Made by a program: the position numbers and the translations under genes. This document shows positions 62,446 to 64,000 of a stretch of 64,000 nt of DNA, piece by piece; within the stretch, counting starts at the first letter, position 1; every line of letters starts with the position of its first letter. The stretch comes from Candidatus Bathyarchaeota archaeon. Its GTDB lineage: Archaea > Thermoproteota > Bathyarchaeia > Bathyarchaeales > Bathycorpusculaceae. A model generated the notes under the pieces. The model did no database searches, was not told where the DNA came from, and saw nothing but the letters and a program-made list of their open reading frames with translations. Location of the stretch: positions 128,001-192,000 of the forward strand of contig CAVYXJ010000009.1 of the NCBI GenBank assembly GCA_963772455.1, in the 5' to 3' direction.

Positions 62446-63471
62446 GTTAATCCCTTGCCTGCAAGTTGTTCTCGTTGCAAAAACGAATTCCGCTTAAACC
62501 CATCACCTAATCGCTCTGTCACTGAAGCTACAAGAAATGGAAAAACCATTAAAGCTTCCCCGATAACCATCACGTGGTCTGCAGCTCCTTTCATTTTGCC
62601 CCAGCTCACTGTCTCTTCCAATGTTGAACCTGACAACCCACCTGTTTCTGGTCGATCTAAAGTAATTACAACTGCGTAATCTAAGCCTTTTTTTGAAGCC
62701 AAAGCAGATGATTGGATAGTGTTTCGGGGCACTCCGCCGCCGATAACTATCATACCGTTTTTGGGTGATTTTGCGCAGATTTGGCAGATGGTTGGCACAT
62801 CCTTGAAAGCATCAACAAGAAGCACATTTTTCTGGTCTTTTTGCGAAGCATGAAGCCAATGAATAAAACCGAATTCGGAATCGCGCACAGAAGGAAGGAA
62901 AATTGGAGTGTTCTCTTCATATGCTGCTCGCAGGATAGAGTTCTTATCGGTTAAGCGTTTGCCTATTTCATATGCAAATTCATTTGAAGCCAAACTTGCC
63001 CCTTGGCGTTCTTTGGCGATTTCAGCGTACATTTCTGACAACCGAAAATCTAAGCGAACGTAGTCTTCTTCAGGAACAAAAATGTCGTAAATTCGAAATA
63101 GATGGTACTTGTAGAGTTCTACATCGTTAACTGACCATCCGCCTTTATAGTGGTGTCCACCTACCGCTTCAATTGCGTCATGAACCATGCACGCTCCAGT
63201 GCTTACAATCACGTCGACAAGATGATTTCGGATTAAATCAACGATTAATGTGCGCATTCCTGCAGGAACAACCGCACCTGACAAAGCCAAGAAGACAGTA
63301 CAATCTTTTTCTCTTAGCATTCGTCTCATAAATGTCACATGCATCGGCTAATCGTCCAGCACCAAGCGAACCTGAATTTTTGAATTGATGCATCAATTGA
63401 TCGACTGTTAATGTCCCATTTATTTTAATATGATTGACTGGTTCTTTGAGGTAATCTTTTCTGTCCATCAA
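62442..63471 (-). CDS. dys: Deoxyhypusine synthase (frame break at ~63325)
   Basis: G..GA..L..A, SGA.VPAG.R, VSTGA..VHD, RIYD, IGGGVP, GGLSGST..E.VSWGK (catalytic Lys); two ORFs join on removing one base (DIYE-RMLREKD). Confidence 0.9.
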
Positions 63472-63638
63472 TGTGCGCCTATAGGCTAGTTAATGTTGAA
63501 GTATGGAAATAGTTTTCGATTTCAAAATGATAAACTTTGAGGAGAAATTGTATTTAGTTTTCTTAGACACTTAACAAAATTGTTGCTTAAAATTTAAACA
63601 AAAAAGAAAAGGGAATTATTTTTTTTGGTTGTATTGTT

Positions 63639-64000
63639 TTATGCGCGTTTTCTAAGGACCAAGATGGTCAATAGACCAACGACTATTATGGCTACGAATA
63701 GACCTGCGATTGCTGGTACGAAGTATAAGTCAGCTGCTGAGTTGTTGTTTGGTGTTGCTGTTGGTGCTTCGGTTGGGTGTGCTGGGTCAACTGCGAATGC
63801 GGTTACTGCGTGTGTTGGATAGTATGATTCAGAGCCTGTGAATGATGCGTATACTGTGTATGCGCCTGCAATGTCTGGTTTCCAGTTGAGGCTGAAGAAT
63901 CCGTCGTTGCTTGTGGTTGTTCCGATTTCTCTGAAGTTGCCGTTTGCATCAACAACGCTCAGGGTAATTGGGACACCGGTTGTGTTGCTTGGTCTGCCTT
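63639..64000 (-). CDS. C-terminal end of a membrane-anchored surface protein (Ig-like domain, P/T linker, TM helix, basic tail); 5' part lies outside the window
   Basis: Reads GVPITLSVVDANGNFREIGTTTSNDGFFSLNWKPDIAGAYTVYASFTGSESYYPTHAVTAFAVDPAHPTEAPTATP...IAGLFVAIIVVGLLTILVLRKRA*; resembles C-termini of Bathyarchaeia PQQ-repeat beta-propeller proteins (from memory). Confidence 0.8.
   Translation of the reverse strand, partial: GRPSNTTGVPITLSVVDANGNFREIGTTTSNDGFFSLNWKPDIAGAYTVYASFTGSESYYPTHAVTAFAVDPAHPTEAPTATPNNNSAADLYFVPAIAGLFVAIIVVGLLTILVLRKRA

Overview
This is an AT-rich archaeal chromosomal window, most likely from Bathyarchaeia (TACK). The assignment is inferred from the 16S sequence, the A-type ATP synthase, rpl37e-Lsm, pantoate kinase/PPAT and deoxyhypusine synthase. 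Housekeeping content includes valS (5'-partial), nadX, CoA genes, a stand-alone 16S rRNA gene, tRNA-Lys(TTT), tRNA-Gln(CTG), a rearranged A1Ao ATP synthase cluster, and a ~14-kb phosphate/polyphosphate island (PPK1, CHAD-metallophosphoesterase-HD, PPX, PPK2, PhoU x2, PstSCAB). The top candidate for an undescribed system is a four-gene locus at 12.4-20.0 kb. It pairs a ~890-aa tubulin/FtsZ-superfamily GTPase with intact loops and a large coiled-coil insertion with a second, degenerate FtsZ/CetZ-fold protein, a polytopic membrane protein with a long helical tail, and an exported single-pass membrane protein. Other highlights are a ~2.8-kb terminase-only element bounded by tRNA-Lys and a degenerate copy of its 3' end, a CdvA-like protein with four near-identical 160-aa acidic repeats, an RHH-CblS-like fusion regulator, two related hairpin ncRNA candidates with UUCCCCC loops, and several small proteins missing from the ORF track. 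About eight single-base frame disruptions, some in essential genes, are most likely sequencing or assembly indels. Family calls come from motif recognition by eye; no database searches were run.
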